In this document: positions 1 through 9,359 of the stretch, one piece after another
Position numbering within the stretch: position 1 is the first letter of the stretch
Layout: each line of letters starts with the position of its first letter
Origin: an uncultured cyanobacterium
GTDB lineage: Bacteria; Cyanobacteriota; Cyanobacteriia; Cyanobacteriales; CAWCAG01
Length of the DNA: 44,610 nt
NCBI GenBank assembly: GCA_963793425.1
Contig: CAWCAG010000004.1
Coordinates: 1 to 44,610 of the forward strand
Direction of reading: 5' to 3'
The notes under the pieces: generated by a model
What the model was told of the DNA's origin: nothing
What the model saw: the letters and a program-made list of their open reading frames with translations, nothing else
Databases searched by the model: none
Translations under genes and position numbers: made by a program

Positions 1-2
1 AT

Positions 3-371
3 GTGCCAACAGAAAAACCTCTTGTTGACCAGCAGTCTCTAGTTGAACGTACTGCCCCGGTAGTATCTTCTTGGTTTGGTGTGGTATCTTCTCCAAACCA
101 TAAGGTAGAAGGAGAAAATCACTCCGCTCGTTGGAACCCCCAAACTAACTGCCTTACTTTAATTGATAAGAATCAAAATGATACTGTTATGGTGGCCCAA
201 TGGGATAGCAAGAGGGAAGTTTGGCTTGATAAGGGAAGTACTTTAACTGAAGACAAAGCCCAGTATTTCGAGAAAGAAGTGGTTCCTAAAATTAGAGATT
301 TTAAGGCTGAAGAAGACAAACACAAACAGATTGCTCAGCGAGAATTTAACAGCCGTGGGTTTTCTCTTTAG
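3..371 (+). CDS. C-terminal part of a protein truncated by the window edge; function unknown (possibly the tail of a plasmid mobilisation protein)
   Basis: Frame is open from the window start to TAG at 369-371 with normal composition. It ends in ...SRGFSL, a type of tail often seen on relaxase/Mob proteins, which is a weak clue only. Confidence 0.55.
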   Translation: MPTEKPLVDQQSLVERTAPVVSSWFGVVSSPNHKVEGENHSARWNPQTNCLTLIDKNQNDTVMVAQWDSKREVWLDKGSTLTEDKAQYFEKEVVPKIRDFKAEEDKHKQIAQREFNSRGFSL

Positions 372-502
372 CCATTACCCTCTACCCGTCAATTTCTAAT
401 TAATCAAAGAGAAGTATTGGACTACCTAACTCAGCTAGGACTAAACAAATGGACTGATTCTTATTCAGAATTGCTTGAGTAAGCTAATCTTTAAAAAAAA
501 GG

Positions 503-624
503 TGACACCCATCCCCTGGTTGTTATATAAGTATAGCGTGAAGTGTCAGGCTGTAACCTTTATATGGCTAGGGATATATCTATTAAGACGGTCTATGCTT
601 CCAAGCCCAGGATTTACAGCCTGA
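503..624. other. Candidate replication origin or protein-binding region downstream of rep
   Basis: TGACAC (503-508) and GTGTCA (543-548) form an inverted pair around an AT-rich TTATATAAGTATA core. Perfect 11-bp inverted repeat TCAGGCTGTAA (546-556) / TTACAGCCTGA (614-624). Lies between convergent genes next to the rep 3' end. Confidence 0.35.
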
Positions 625-851
625 AACTCGCTTTTTGGTTGTCAATAGACATGGTTTTCTTCCAAAGTAGGCTGTTCTCACCCCCTTTTAGGGCTTTTAA
701 GGATGACGAGAATGTCTCTGGCTACTGCTAATGGCAAAAACTAGGGGCAAAAACACCAATTAGGGGTTTAGGCGGGTTAATTTAGCATTTCCAGAGACGA
801 CAAAGTAGGGGATGTTTCCATCTCCTGTGAAAGTCTTTAGTTATTTAAAAG

Positions 852-3800
852 CTAGGCAGGCGCTTCAATTGTCCTAAACCATTGAGAAAACATTGCCTGT
901 TTGCTCTTCTCCAAGAGTTTCGCCGCTTCCCTCATTAAGTTGGTGCTGAAGCCTTCTAGCAGTTTCCCTGCTGGGTAGAAAATCTCTTTGAAGTCTTCAA
1001 AGGAGTCTATGTAGGAAAGAATATCGGCTGCATCTCTAACATCTTCGTCTGGTATCGGCGGTTTGATTCGGTTAAGGATAAATTGGAAGTCAGGAGAAGA
1101 CTGGGATACCTTATTCTTAATTCTGAGTGTCACGCATTGATAAACTATAGATTCTAAGGAGTCTTGTTCATCCCTGATTGAATATATCCTCTCGCCTTTA
1201 ACTCTACGCTTCTGAATCTGGAACCCAAGCATCCGGATAGCTTTGTTGAGGTATTGAACTGGCGTGTATTTTCCTACCTTGAACTTAAGTTTTCGCCAGT
1301 TTTTCTTACCTTGTTGCCAGAAGTTGATGACCCTTTGGTCGTTCTGGTTCCAGGATGTTCCCTGCTCTAGGAAATCTTGGATGCCCATTTCAACAAGGGT
1401 CTTAACCAGTAGACTCTTAAACCTAAACTCTTGAGGTGATACCCCAAGTCCATAACCACTCTTTTCCGGGTCAGTGAAGAAGTCGAACTTTTTTAAAGAG
1501 TCTTTGTTTGTCAAGAAGGACTGCTATTTCGGGATTATCAACAAAAAATCGGAGTTCTTGCTTAGATATCAGTTTTTTGCTCTTATCTTCAAGCCTCAAG
1601 ATAGTTTCAGGAGAAAAAGTAGGCTTCTCGACCTTTATCTCTTTCTCTTCTACTTCCCCCGTCTCAGGATTAGTAGCCTCGATAGTCTCGCTAGCGACAA
1701 TAGTTTTGTCTCTGATTCCGGGCACTCTGTCTAACAGCCTACGCTTTTTAACAGCAGCCTTTTGCTCGACTGTCGCGGAGATATCGCGAGAAGTTTCATC
1801 AGCTTCCTCAGTTGTGATGTCCGGAGCATTAAACTTTCGAGTAGCCTCAACTTCTCTTACTACTCCTTTCTCCTGGAGCTATACCTTTAGTAACCTCATT
1901 GTACTTCTCAACAATCACGTCAGTAACAGGGTAGCCAGAATCTTCTAAAGCGTAACGCAAGCACTGTTTCAGGTTTCGGCGCTCGTAATTCTCAGCCGCT
2001 CAAGTTGGCATTCATAAGCGTAAAACTCATCATCATGAAGTTTCATCATCTGTTGCATGAGTTTTAGGTATTGTTTTTTAGCCTCCACGCCATCAAGTGC
2101 AGCTTCACCATTAAGAATGGCGTATTCTTCCCAAGCTTTTTTGATTTCATCAGGAATGAAGGAATCAGATACCTCATCGTTGCTAAGGCGCTGGTCACAG
2201 GTACAACGGTGAGAGTTGCGTCCTCGTCTCTAACTCGACCTATTAGCTGCATCTGTTGATTGGTGGAAAGCACGCCGAAAAACAGGGCATATATTTCGCT
2301 GAAATAGCCCTTGATAGGAATGTTTAAACCAGCTTCACCACTAGGGGAATACAGCAAAATCTGTATCTTATGCCTGACAAGATAACTGGAATTATCAGCG
2401 TAAAATTGTTTAGCTTCTTTGGTTCCTGCTTTGGTTGAGTCGAGCCTGAAAGTCCTCACCCCCCTAGCTTTGAGTTTGTTATCAAGGGCTTCTAGCTGCT
2501 CCTGGCTATCACTACAAACAGCAATGTTGACTCCTTCTGGGACATTGAGAATGGCTTTTACAACTTCGCTTTCGTCAGGTTCTACTAGTTTTCCGTTTCC
2601 GTTTCGGCTGTTTGTGATGAATTTTGTTTGTGGTCTGTGGCCAGTGAAAGTATTTTCGAGAACTGAAGTGACCGCCTCTTCTCCAAGAACCGAGCCTATT
2701 AATCTGACCTCTTTGTCGGTTAGATGGCCGTCAAGGCAATATATCTTTGATGCCCTCCTTAATGCTTCAATGAGAAGAGATTTAACTCTGGACTTGAACC
2801 GAAGATTTTTGTCCTTGGCCAAAGAGCGTAATACACTAACGATTTCATCAAGAATTAGAATCCTATCATCAAAATCTTCAGGGGAAAAATGAGGAATTGA
2901 ATGTAGGCAAAGAGCTATACGACTTTTAGAGTCATGGATGAGGGCATATTCGTCCTGGTTTTTTAGCTCTGTTTGGAGATGATAAAACCCTGCTTCAATA
3001 CAAAACTGGAGTAGTGGCCCATTTCTGTAACCAATACTCAAAAACCCTTTGTCTGGATTCTCCTTGATAATTCTTTTTATTTCATGGGTTTTACCTGTAC
3101 CAGTACCAGATTTTATTGAGATTGCCCTAGCTGAAGTTAGGGGGGAAATATCAACAAAACGTTGATTTTGCCTGATATGAGGGGATAGCTGACGAGATTT
3201 AACCCATCTATCCCAGTCCTCTTTCTTCTTCTTTTCCTGGCGAGATAGTTGATAAAACTCTTCTGGGGATAGGTACTTAATCTCTTGCCCCGGCTCGATT
3301 TCATCAATGTCCCCATCACCTTTGTTAACCTGTTTCCACCAAAGAATTTTGACTCGCAAGCCCTGGTCTTGAAACAAGCTAATCTGATTTTTCCAACGCC
3401 GCATAACATGGGGGTTGAGGACATCCCCAGCATCAGGCATGAGATTAATAAGATCGTAGCCAGCAACAGCAGCTTTAAACTGTTTGGGGGAACCTGAGAA
3501 ATTACCTCCAGGGCTTCCTAGCCATTTGCCCCCGTGTTTCGATTGGGCAATATAGGGCTTTAGGATTCCTTCTGTGAGGTTAATTGTGGTGGTACTAGTT
3601 TCTCCTACCACGGTTATTGGTAATTCACCATTTTTGAGGTGGCTAGACTTTAAGCCTTTAGCCCATCTGTACTTGCCAGATTCCGTAGCGCCATCTATCC
3701 TGATTTGCCAGCCAATAGCCCTGCCCTCGTGGTCAAAAGCTATACAAGCGTAACCAGAAGCATTAGAAAGCAGTCTACCCCCGTGACCCACTCCAGGTAG

Positions 3801-4276
3801 GTTAGTAGGAATGTCCGAGGGTAACTTGACGTTGGATTCAACCGAGAAGAATAATCCTTTTTCTATTTGGCTATCATTTAGTCCGCGACGCTTCAAGTCC
3901 TCTCTATGTTCGGCTTTCAAGCCCAATAACTTGGCAATTTTCCTAATCGCTTTGTTCCGCTCAGGAGCCGATAATGCCTCTTGGTACTGGCGACGTTTGT
4001 CAGCTTCCCGCTTGGCTCGAAGTTGCTGCTGTTGTCTAATCCAAAGTTCCTTGGGTAGCCAGTCTTTGTTCTCTCTAGGGGGTGCATAAACTCCCCAAAT
4101 TCCCAATTTCCCGGACTTTTTGAACTCATAGCCAGGGGCATCTACCCCTCCGTCTATATATGTATGACAGAGAATCAAAGTTTCCCCGTGGCGACAATCG
4201 CCGGAGATATCAGAGCAGATGGGGCAAGGGTTAGACCTATTGGTGGGAATTCATTTCTTGTGTGGAATGTGTTCAT
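852..4276 (-). pseudogene. Cyanobacterial plasmid replication initiator (CyRepA1-like: Zn finger, Toprim-like primase, helicase), about 1140 codons, frameshifted in this sequence
   Basis: Upstream of ORF 2064..4178 the same frame reads PTNRSNPCPICSDISGDCRHGETLILCHT (Zn finger). Primase-like motifs TEGILKPYIA, MPDAGD, GDIDE; Walker A SGTGTGKT; Walker B ILILDEI; motif VI QLIGRVRD. The coding frame continues through shifts near 4246, 2200, 2000, 1880 and 1490 into ORFs 1471..1725 and 852..1514. Confidence 0.8.
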
Positions 4277-4354
4277 TTTCCTAGTATTTTGGTAGAGCAT
4301 TCACCTTTTTGAATGGATCCCAAAAACTTCTAAATTTAAAGATATTTTGTATTA

Positions 4355-4611
4355 TTACGCAAACTTATGTTGGTTTGCAAGTTTTATGGTATTTCTGTAT
4401 AATGAGAATAATTCGCGCATTGCCGCACAAATTGAATCCATTAGAAGATTGTTTATAATCTTTAAATCTTTCTGTGTAAGGGGTTCAATTTGGGGCAAGT
4501 GTAGATGCACTTGCGGGGGTTTTTCATCTTTTGTTATACGCCTATTTGGATCATGTCCGTTTTTGTTTAGATACTCCCAGTGATGGGAGTTTTGACAATA
4601 CTCTTAGGCAT
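4355..4611 (-). pseudogene. Possible small (about 85 aa) hypothetical gene with a 1-nt deletion just after its start
   Basis: Open frame EYCQNSHHWEYLNKNGHDPNRR...ANQHKFA-stop with no in-frame start at its 5' end. ATG CCT AA GAG at 4611 would be in frame if one A were added. Confidence 0.3.
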
Positions 4612-4626
4612 AGCTAAGCATAAATT

Positions 4627-4962
4627 CTAGTTTTCATTTCTAGATAAATTATTCATTAAGCTAAAACTCTTTAGCTGAAGCCTATTACTAGTGCTTCGTA
4701 TTCTAGATTGGCTTGTAGTATTCTGGACTATAATTGACTTAGGGGGCGATTTTGTAAATGGTCGCCCATTTAGAAATCTGAAATCCTCTCTTTTCCGTTG
4801 GATAATGCAAATATAAGATTTATTCCTATTCTCAATTTCTTTATAAAGTCCTTGCTTAGTCCATTCGCTGATAAGGCCTGATTTAGTTCTGCCAGTTTCC
4901 TCACACAATTTTTCAAGCAACTCAGCCTCAGCCTCTGTGATAGTTACATTAACTTGTGCCAT
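4627..4962 (-). CDS. Ribbon-helix-helix (CopG-like) DNA-binding protein; the C-terminal half may be frameshift read-through
   Basis: MAQVNVTITEAEAELLEKLCEETGRTKSGLISEW fits the beta-helix-GRTKS-helix RHH pattern. SD-like GAGAGG upstream. Located upstream of rep on the same strand. Confidence 0.7.
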   Translation of the reverse strand: MAQVNVTITEAEAELLEKLCEETGRTKSGLISEWTKQGLYKEIENRNKSYICIIQRKREDFRFLNGRPFTKSPPKSIIVQNTTSQSRIRSTSNRLQLKSFSLMNNLSRNEN

Positions 4963-5147
4963 TATCGCCTCTCTTTAATAGTTAAATCTATTGTCTCTCT
5001 ATTATTGACCAATTGTATATCTACTACTTAATAAAAATTAACAGAATGTGTATCCTTTGAATTTATATAGTTTCGTCAATTTGTATCGACACAGCATCGG
5101 TAGATAGCTTGTTTACCGACTACACAGCTACTAAAATAAATAAGGTA

Positions 5148-5380
5148 TGCAACATAGATTGCTGCATAGATTGCAACTTTGCAACTGCATTGCAACCTAA
5201 AACTACAACATATTAAGGAGTAAGGAGTATCGAAATGGCTAAAGAGTACACAGGGAGAGACTTTAACGTACCTGCAACTGAGGATTACACAGAAGAAACT
5301 ACCACTACAGAAGTTGCAAAGGTTGCAACAGATGACTGCAAGCTTTACAGCATCGATAACCTAACCACTCAACTCTGCAA
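5148..5380. repeat. Cluster of short TGCA(AC) repeats over the promoter and 5' end of ORF 5235; putative operator/iteron array
   Basis: TGCA cores at 5148, 5163, 5172, 5180, 5186 and 5191 (four are TGCAAC); CATAGATTGC twice. Further cores inside the ORF at 5273, 5315, 5324 (palindrome GTTGCAAC), 5337 and 5376. Confidence 0.7.
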
Positions 5381-5954
5381 GGGAGAACGGACAGTCAGAA
5401 CTTGGCTAAAAGCTATTAAGAGTACTTACCACTGGTTGGATGAGACAGAAATGGTATCAAGGCAGGGTAAGAAGCACCTTTATACCTCTTTCACCCTTGA
5501 CCAATTGAAAAACATTAAACAGCATCTAGAAACTGGTGAATCATTAGAAAACTGGGTATCTGACGCTATGACCCCACAACAAGAACCTGTAAGTAAATCA
5601 GTACCTTCTCTGACTACCTACAATCCCCACACAATTGAAGTTCCACCCCTACCAGAACTACCAGTACTAAATGCAGAAATAGTACAGGTTGACACTCCCG
5701 AAATATTGAAACAAAAATCAATCAACGACAAGCTACAAGACTTAATCGAGGTAGCAACAGCGAGGACGCATCAACAGATAGAGGAAGCGAACCGAGTAGC
5801 CGCTCAAACACAGGCAGCACAAAATCAAATTACCCAGCTTGCCAAACTTCATGAAATGAGCCAACAAGCACAAAAATCTCAGGATACCAACCAAGCGACC
5901 CTTGACCAGATGGGGGAAATGCTAAAAAGCCTCAATTCCTTAGTGGGGAAGTAA
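5235..5954 (+). CDS. Hypothetical protein with N-terminal HTH-like DNA-binding domain and C-terminal coiled coil
   Basis: Doubled SD TAAGGAGTAAGGAG upstream. YSIDNLTTQLCKGERTVRTWLKAI...GKKHLYTSFTLDQLKNI resembles MerR/excisionase-like winged HTH. Q/A-rich heptad tail. Confidence 0.8.
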   Translation: MAKEYTGRDFNVPATEDYTEETTTTEVAKVATDDCKLYSIDNLTTQLCKGERTVRTWLKAIKSTYHWLDETEMVSRQGKKHLYTSFTLDQLKNIKQHLETGESLENWVSDAMTPQQEPVSKSVPSLTTYNPHTIEVPPLPELPVLNAEIVQVDTPEILKQKSINDKLQDLIEVATARTHQQIEEANRVAAQTQAAQNQITQLAKLHEMSQQAQKSQDTNQATLDQMGEMLKSLNSLVGK

Positions 5955-6013
5955 TTGTAGCCTTAGTTCTTATCCTAATTCTCCTAATAATCAGAACAAA
6001 AATCTAATCAACC

Positions 6014-6265
6014 ATGAATGAAGAAGAACTAAACCGAATTAGACAACAATTAGAGTCGCAGTATTCAAAGTCTTTTGACACAGAAAACAAATCAAGTGAA
6101 GACATTCTTCTAGAGATTAAACAGTGGTTGCAACAGCAAAGCGACCGAATAGAAAACGACAACTTTTTTCAAAGCTTGACCAATCAATTGAATACTTTGG
6201 AAACTAGGCATAGCAAGCTATTAGACAAAATTGAACAAAGACTGAGGGAGCTTAAGAATGGATGA
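6014..6265 (+). CDS. Small coiled-coil hypothetical protein (83 aa)
   Basis: ATG start, E/Q/L-rich helical composition, overlaps the next ORF by 8 nt. Confidence 0.7.
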   Translation: MNEEELNRIRQQLESQYSKSFDTENKSSEDILLEIKQWLQQQSDRIENDNFFQSLTNQLNTLETRHSKLLDKIEQRLRELKNG

Positions 6266-6482
6266 GTTACCAATCAGTAAAACCGCTATCGAACTAATCG
6301 ATTTAGAAATTCTAGAAGAGTCGTTAGGGGAATTTGACTTTGAACAGAGACTGGAAAAAAGCTTAAACATACTTGACGACAGACACAGAGATTTACAAAT
6401 AGCAGCAAACACATTAATCAAAGAAAGAACATCATGGCTACACAACGTAAAAAACCTGCTTCTTCCAAGTCTAAAGAAATAG
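6258..6482 (+). CDS. Small acidic helical hypothetical protein (74 aa)
   Basis: SD GGGAG upstream; start overlaps the previous stop, suggesting translational coupling. Confidence 0.65.
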   Translation: MDELPISKTAIELIDLEILEESLGEFDFEQRLEKSLNILDDRHRDLQIAANTLIKERTSWLHNVKNLLLPSLKK

Positions 6483-7111
6483 CCAAAGAAATCAAAAACG
6501 GAGCTAAGAAAACCTCTTCTATCACCCCAAGCAAAACTGATATCGATGTCAACAAGGCCATTAGTGATAGTGAGGTAACAGTTCCTGGCTTAAATGGATT
6601 TAATCTATCTAAGGCAGTCGAACACACCGGAGAATTAGATTTAAAGAAATTCGGGGTAAAAGACCCCCTAAATCCTCCTGACTCTCTCCCTCAAGCAACT
6701 ACTGCCCAATACAGTAGGGCCTCAGCTATCTACGAAAAAACCACCAACGCAGCCAAACTTTACCGCCAGAAATACAAACTTGATAACGAAGTATTCGGCG
6801 CTATTGGCGATAGGGTAACAGCGATTAATACAGCGATTAGTTCTGTCAGAACCAAAGAGCAGGCTAAGGCTAACTTTATCAATTACTTGAGCGACACCGA
6901 AAAAGTTAAACAAGCCGCTATCGCCTTTGATTTAAACCTAGCAACTACAGCCCAACAGCTAGGGAGCAGTGCCATTACCAAAGAGCAGTTGGTAACTGAA
7001 TTAGAACTCAAGGCTACCAACCTCGAAAAAACGCAAACACAACTAGAAGAGGCCAAAGGAGAGCTAGCCATCTACAAAGAGAAACTGGGTAAGTACTTAG
7101 GGAGCAAGTAA
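6434..7111 (+). CDS. Hypothetical protein with basic N-terminus and long C-terminal coiled coil (225 aa)
   Basis: Long ORF in operon context; K/S-rich N-terminus; heptad pattern ELELKATNLEKTQTQLEEAKGEL. Confidence 0.8.
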   Translation: MATQRKKPASSKSKEIAKEIKNGAKKTSSITPSKTDIDVNKAISDSEVTVPGLNGFNLSKAVEHTGELDLKKFGVKDPLNPPDSLPQATTAQYSRASAIYEKTTNAAKLYRQKYKLDNEVFGAIGDRVTAINTAISSVRTKEQAKANFINYLSDTEKVKQAAIAFDLNLATTAQQLGSSAITKEQLVTELELKATNLEKTQTQLEEAKGELAIYKEKLGKYLGSK

Positions 7112-7123
7112 ATAATGAGGGAG

Positions 7124-7145
7124 AATGCCCCCGTCACGGGGCATT
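7124..7145 (+). promoter_or_regulatory. Intra-operon GC-rich hairpin just upstream of the ATPase gene
   Basis: AATGCCCC-CGTCAC-GGGGCATT, 8-bp perfect stem, no U-tract. Confidence 0.5.
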
Positions 7146-7153
7146 AATCAATT

Positions 7154-9343
7154 ATGAAAAAAGATGATCTAATCGTAACAGTTGGTGCTGGCTGCTTTGG
7201 AGCTAGCCTGGGCTTTTTATTATCTACAACTTTAAGTACTGCTCCTTGGAAAATAGCCTTAAGCTCATTAGGAACTGCTTTACCCGTATTCGGAGTTACA
7301 GGTTTCGTGGTTGATAACAGAGCTACGGCTAAAATCAGCAAACTAGATGAAGTTCTAGGGCAGAAGAAAGCAGAAATCATCAGGTTAAGAAGAGTTGAGA
7401 ATCTGAATCGGGAACTGCTGAGTGACTTACAAGCTTATAAAAATAGATTAGAGAAAAAAGAACTAGAAATAACTGGTTCTAAAGCTTTTGTCGAAACTCA
7501 GAATCAAGGAATCTTAGCCATGAAGGGTGAGATTGAAAAGCTAAAGAGTACTATTGCTTCGTATCAATCACGCATTAATGAATTAGAGGAAGAAATACAG
7601 CAATGGATGGAACGCTTTGATAACGACTTTGACGATGAAGTGGACGCAAAATTAGCAGAATTAAAACAGAATCAAATCGCTCAAATCTGCACAGAAGATT
7701 TCACAGTTGTTCGTGAAGCCTCCGACTTATCCAATAGCTACCGTAACTTAATCCTACTGGCTAGCGAAGAAGTCAGAATCAAAAATGATTTAGTCAGGCA
7801 ATTGGCGCAAGAGTTCAACGAAAAAATCGGTAACTATGACAGCGCTTTCACCAAAGAGCGTGATGAGTATCTATCTATTATTGAGAATTACAAGATTCAA
7901 ATTGCCTTACTCCAAAAAGAAGCTAAGGGAGAATTACTAGAACCGGAATATACTTACCAAGGGTATGATATTCCCTCTCAAATCGCGGCTGATTTTTGCC
8001 GAGAAATCTGGAACACCCACCAGATACCATTGAGGTTAGAGGGGGTTTCTGGGACTCCTGACGGTGTGATGAATGCTGGTTATGGTTACGGAGCTAATCA
8101 ATCTCCTGATGCTCTTGTTGGGTTTATTAAATCTCAATCAGAGTATCTTTGTAAAGCTTTAGGTATTCACAAAATCACTAGGGTTGAGAAACTAGCGATA
8201 GCACCTGTAATTGCTGTTAGTTTCCGTCGTGAACCAGCCTTAAAGCAAGATGAAATCAAGCTTCTATTGGGAACTGGGGAAGAGTTCTTAGACTATGTAG
8301 TTAACCACCCAATTAGATACAGACTAATAGCAGACCCAGGAACGGGCAAAACCCCCACTACGGCTGTCATGTTAGCGTCCATTCTTAAACATGGCTGCAA
8401 AATGGGAAATGTCCCCAGTGGGCAAAAAGTTCCTCATGCTTTGATAGATGTTAGTTACCCAGACCGCCATAGTTCCATCAAAGATGAAGAGTATCCCTTA
8501 GATAGATTTCTCAAGTTTGCTACCACAACTGAAGCTGTTAAAAGTTTCGATGAAGCCATCAAAGAACGAGAGTACAGAAAGAAACATCTTGAATATGCTA
8601 AACAGGTTTTTCAAATTTATTGTTGGGATGAATTTGATAACACCATCTCAAGTGCTTCTAGTCCCAAAGATGTTGCAAGTGATCTAAAGAAGCTGCTTAA
8701 AGATGGAGGGCATTCAAACATCGGCTGGATACTCTCTGGTCAATCAGTAATGACTCGTCAAATACCAGGCTTTACCAATGACGATAGGAGTTTATTTACT
8801 GAGATTATCATTGGTATTCCTAAAATCAGGAAGTACTTGCAAGCTTATGGTCGGAAGTTAGGAGAAAAATCTAACACTCAGTTACTAAACAACTTGGATA
8901 ACATCGAAAGTTACGTTAGTAATCAAAACAAGCTAATAACAGATTCAGCCAGACTACTTAGAGTTGCTTTAGTAGTTGATAGCAAATCACCCAAACTCTT
9001 TTTCTTGCCTAATCTAGACTTGGCTATTTTTGACGAGCAAACTATTAGTAACTCTCAAAAAGTTGCTTGTCAACTCAAACGTACACCCTGTACGGAGGTT
9101 GTACAGATGACAAAACAGCCCAAAACTGTAACCTATGATAGCAGAGAGATTGAGCCTGTACCGTTCCTTTGTACAGAATCACCTATGGAGGGTAGTGTTA
9201 CCTCGGTACAAAATAGTAGTAAACCTCATTGCCCTAGTTGTGGTAGTAGCGAGATAGGTTCGAGAGGAAAAAAGCGTTTTAGTTGCAAAAATCAAAGCTG
9301 TAAACGTCAGACTTTCGCTAGAAGTAAAGCAATTTGGAAGTAG
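7154..9343 (+). CDS. Membrane-anchored FtsK/HerA/VirD4-like P-loop ATPase with coiled-coil stalk and C-terminal zinc ribbon
   Basis: Two N-terminal hydrophobic helices; coiled coil at about aa 55-255; Walker A ADPGTGKT; Walker B IYCWDEFD; HerA/FtsK-like WILSGQS strand; C-terminal CPSCGS...FSCKNQSC. Confidence 0.8.
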   Translation: MKKDDLIVTVGAGCFGASLGFLLSTTLSTAPWKIALSSLGTALPVFGVTGFVVDNRATAKISKLDEVLGQKKAEIIRLRRVENLNRELLSDLQAYKNRLEKKELEITGSKAFVETQNQGILAMKGEIEKLKSTIASYQSRINELEEEIQQWMERFDNDFDDEVDAKLAELKQNQIAQICTEDFTVVREASDLSNSYRNLILLASEEVRIKNDLVRQLAQEFNEKIGNYDSAFTKERDEYLSIIENYKIQIALLQKEAKGELLEPEYTYQGYDIPSQIAADFCREIWNTHQIPLRLEGVSGTPDGVMNAGYGYGANQSPDALVGFIKSQSEYLCKALGIHKITRVEKLAIAPVIAVSFRREPALKQDEIKLLLGTGEEFLDYVVNHPIRYRLIADPGTGKTPTTAVMLASILKHGCKMGNVPSGQKVPHALIDVSYPDRHSSIKDEEYPLDRFLKFATTTEAVKSFDEAIKEREYRKKHLEYAKQVFQIYCWDEFDNTISSASSPKDVASDLKKLLKDGGHSNIGWILSGQSVMTRQIPGFTNDDRSLFTEIIIGIPKIRKYLQAYGRKLGEKSNTQLLNNLDNIESYVSNQNKLITDSARLLRVALVVDSKSPKLFFLPNLDLAIFDEQTISNSQKVACQLKRTPCTEVVQMTKQPKTVTYDSREIEPVPFLCTESPMEGSVTSVQNSSKPHCPSCGSSEIGSRGKKRFSCKNQSCKRQTFARSKAIWK

Positions 9344-9359
9344 TAACTATTTCATCATA

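Noticed and set aside
372..482. 36-codon open frame continuing in frame after the TAG of the first ORF (possible read-through)
   Set aside because: Too short, no start codon at its 5' end and no recognisable motif; the upstream ORF already has a plausible C-terminus.
543..731. 62-aa ORF
   Set aside because: Overlaps the inverted-repeat region, has no SD and no protein-like features.
1474..4141. Plus-strand and alternate-frame ORFs over the rep gene
   Set aside because: Antisense or out-of-frame shadows of the rep coding sequence.
9225..9343. CPSCGS...C..C motif as an IS1 InsA fragment
   Set aside because: It is in frame at the end of the ATPase, with no InsB or IS1 terminal repeats nearby; treated as a fused Zn ribbon.
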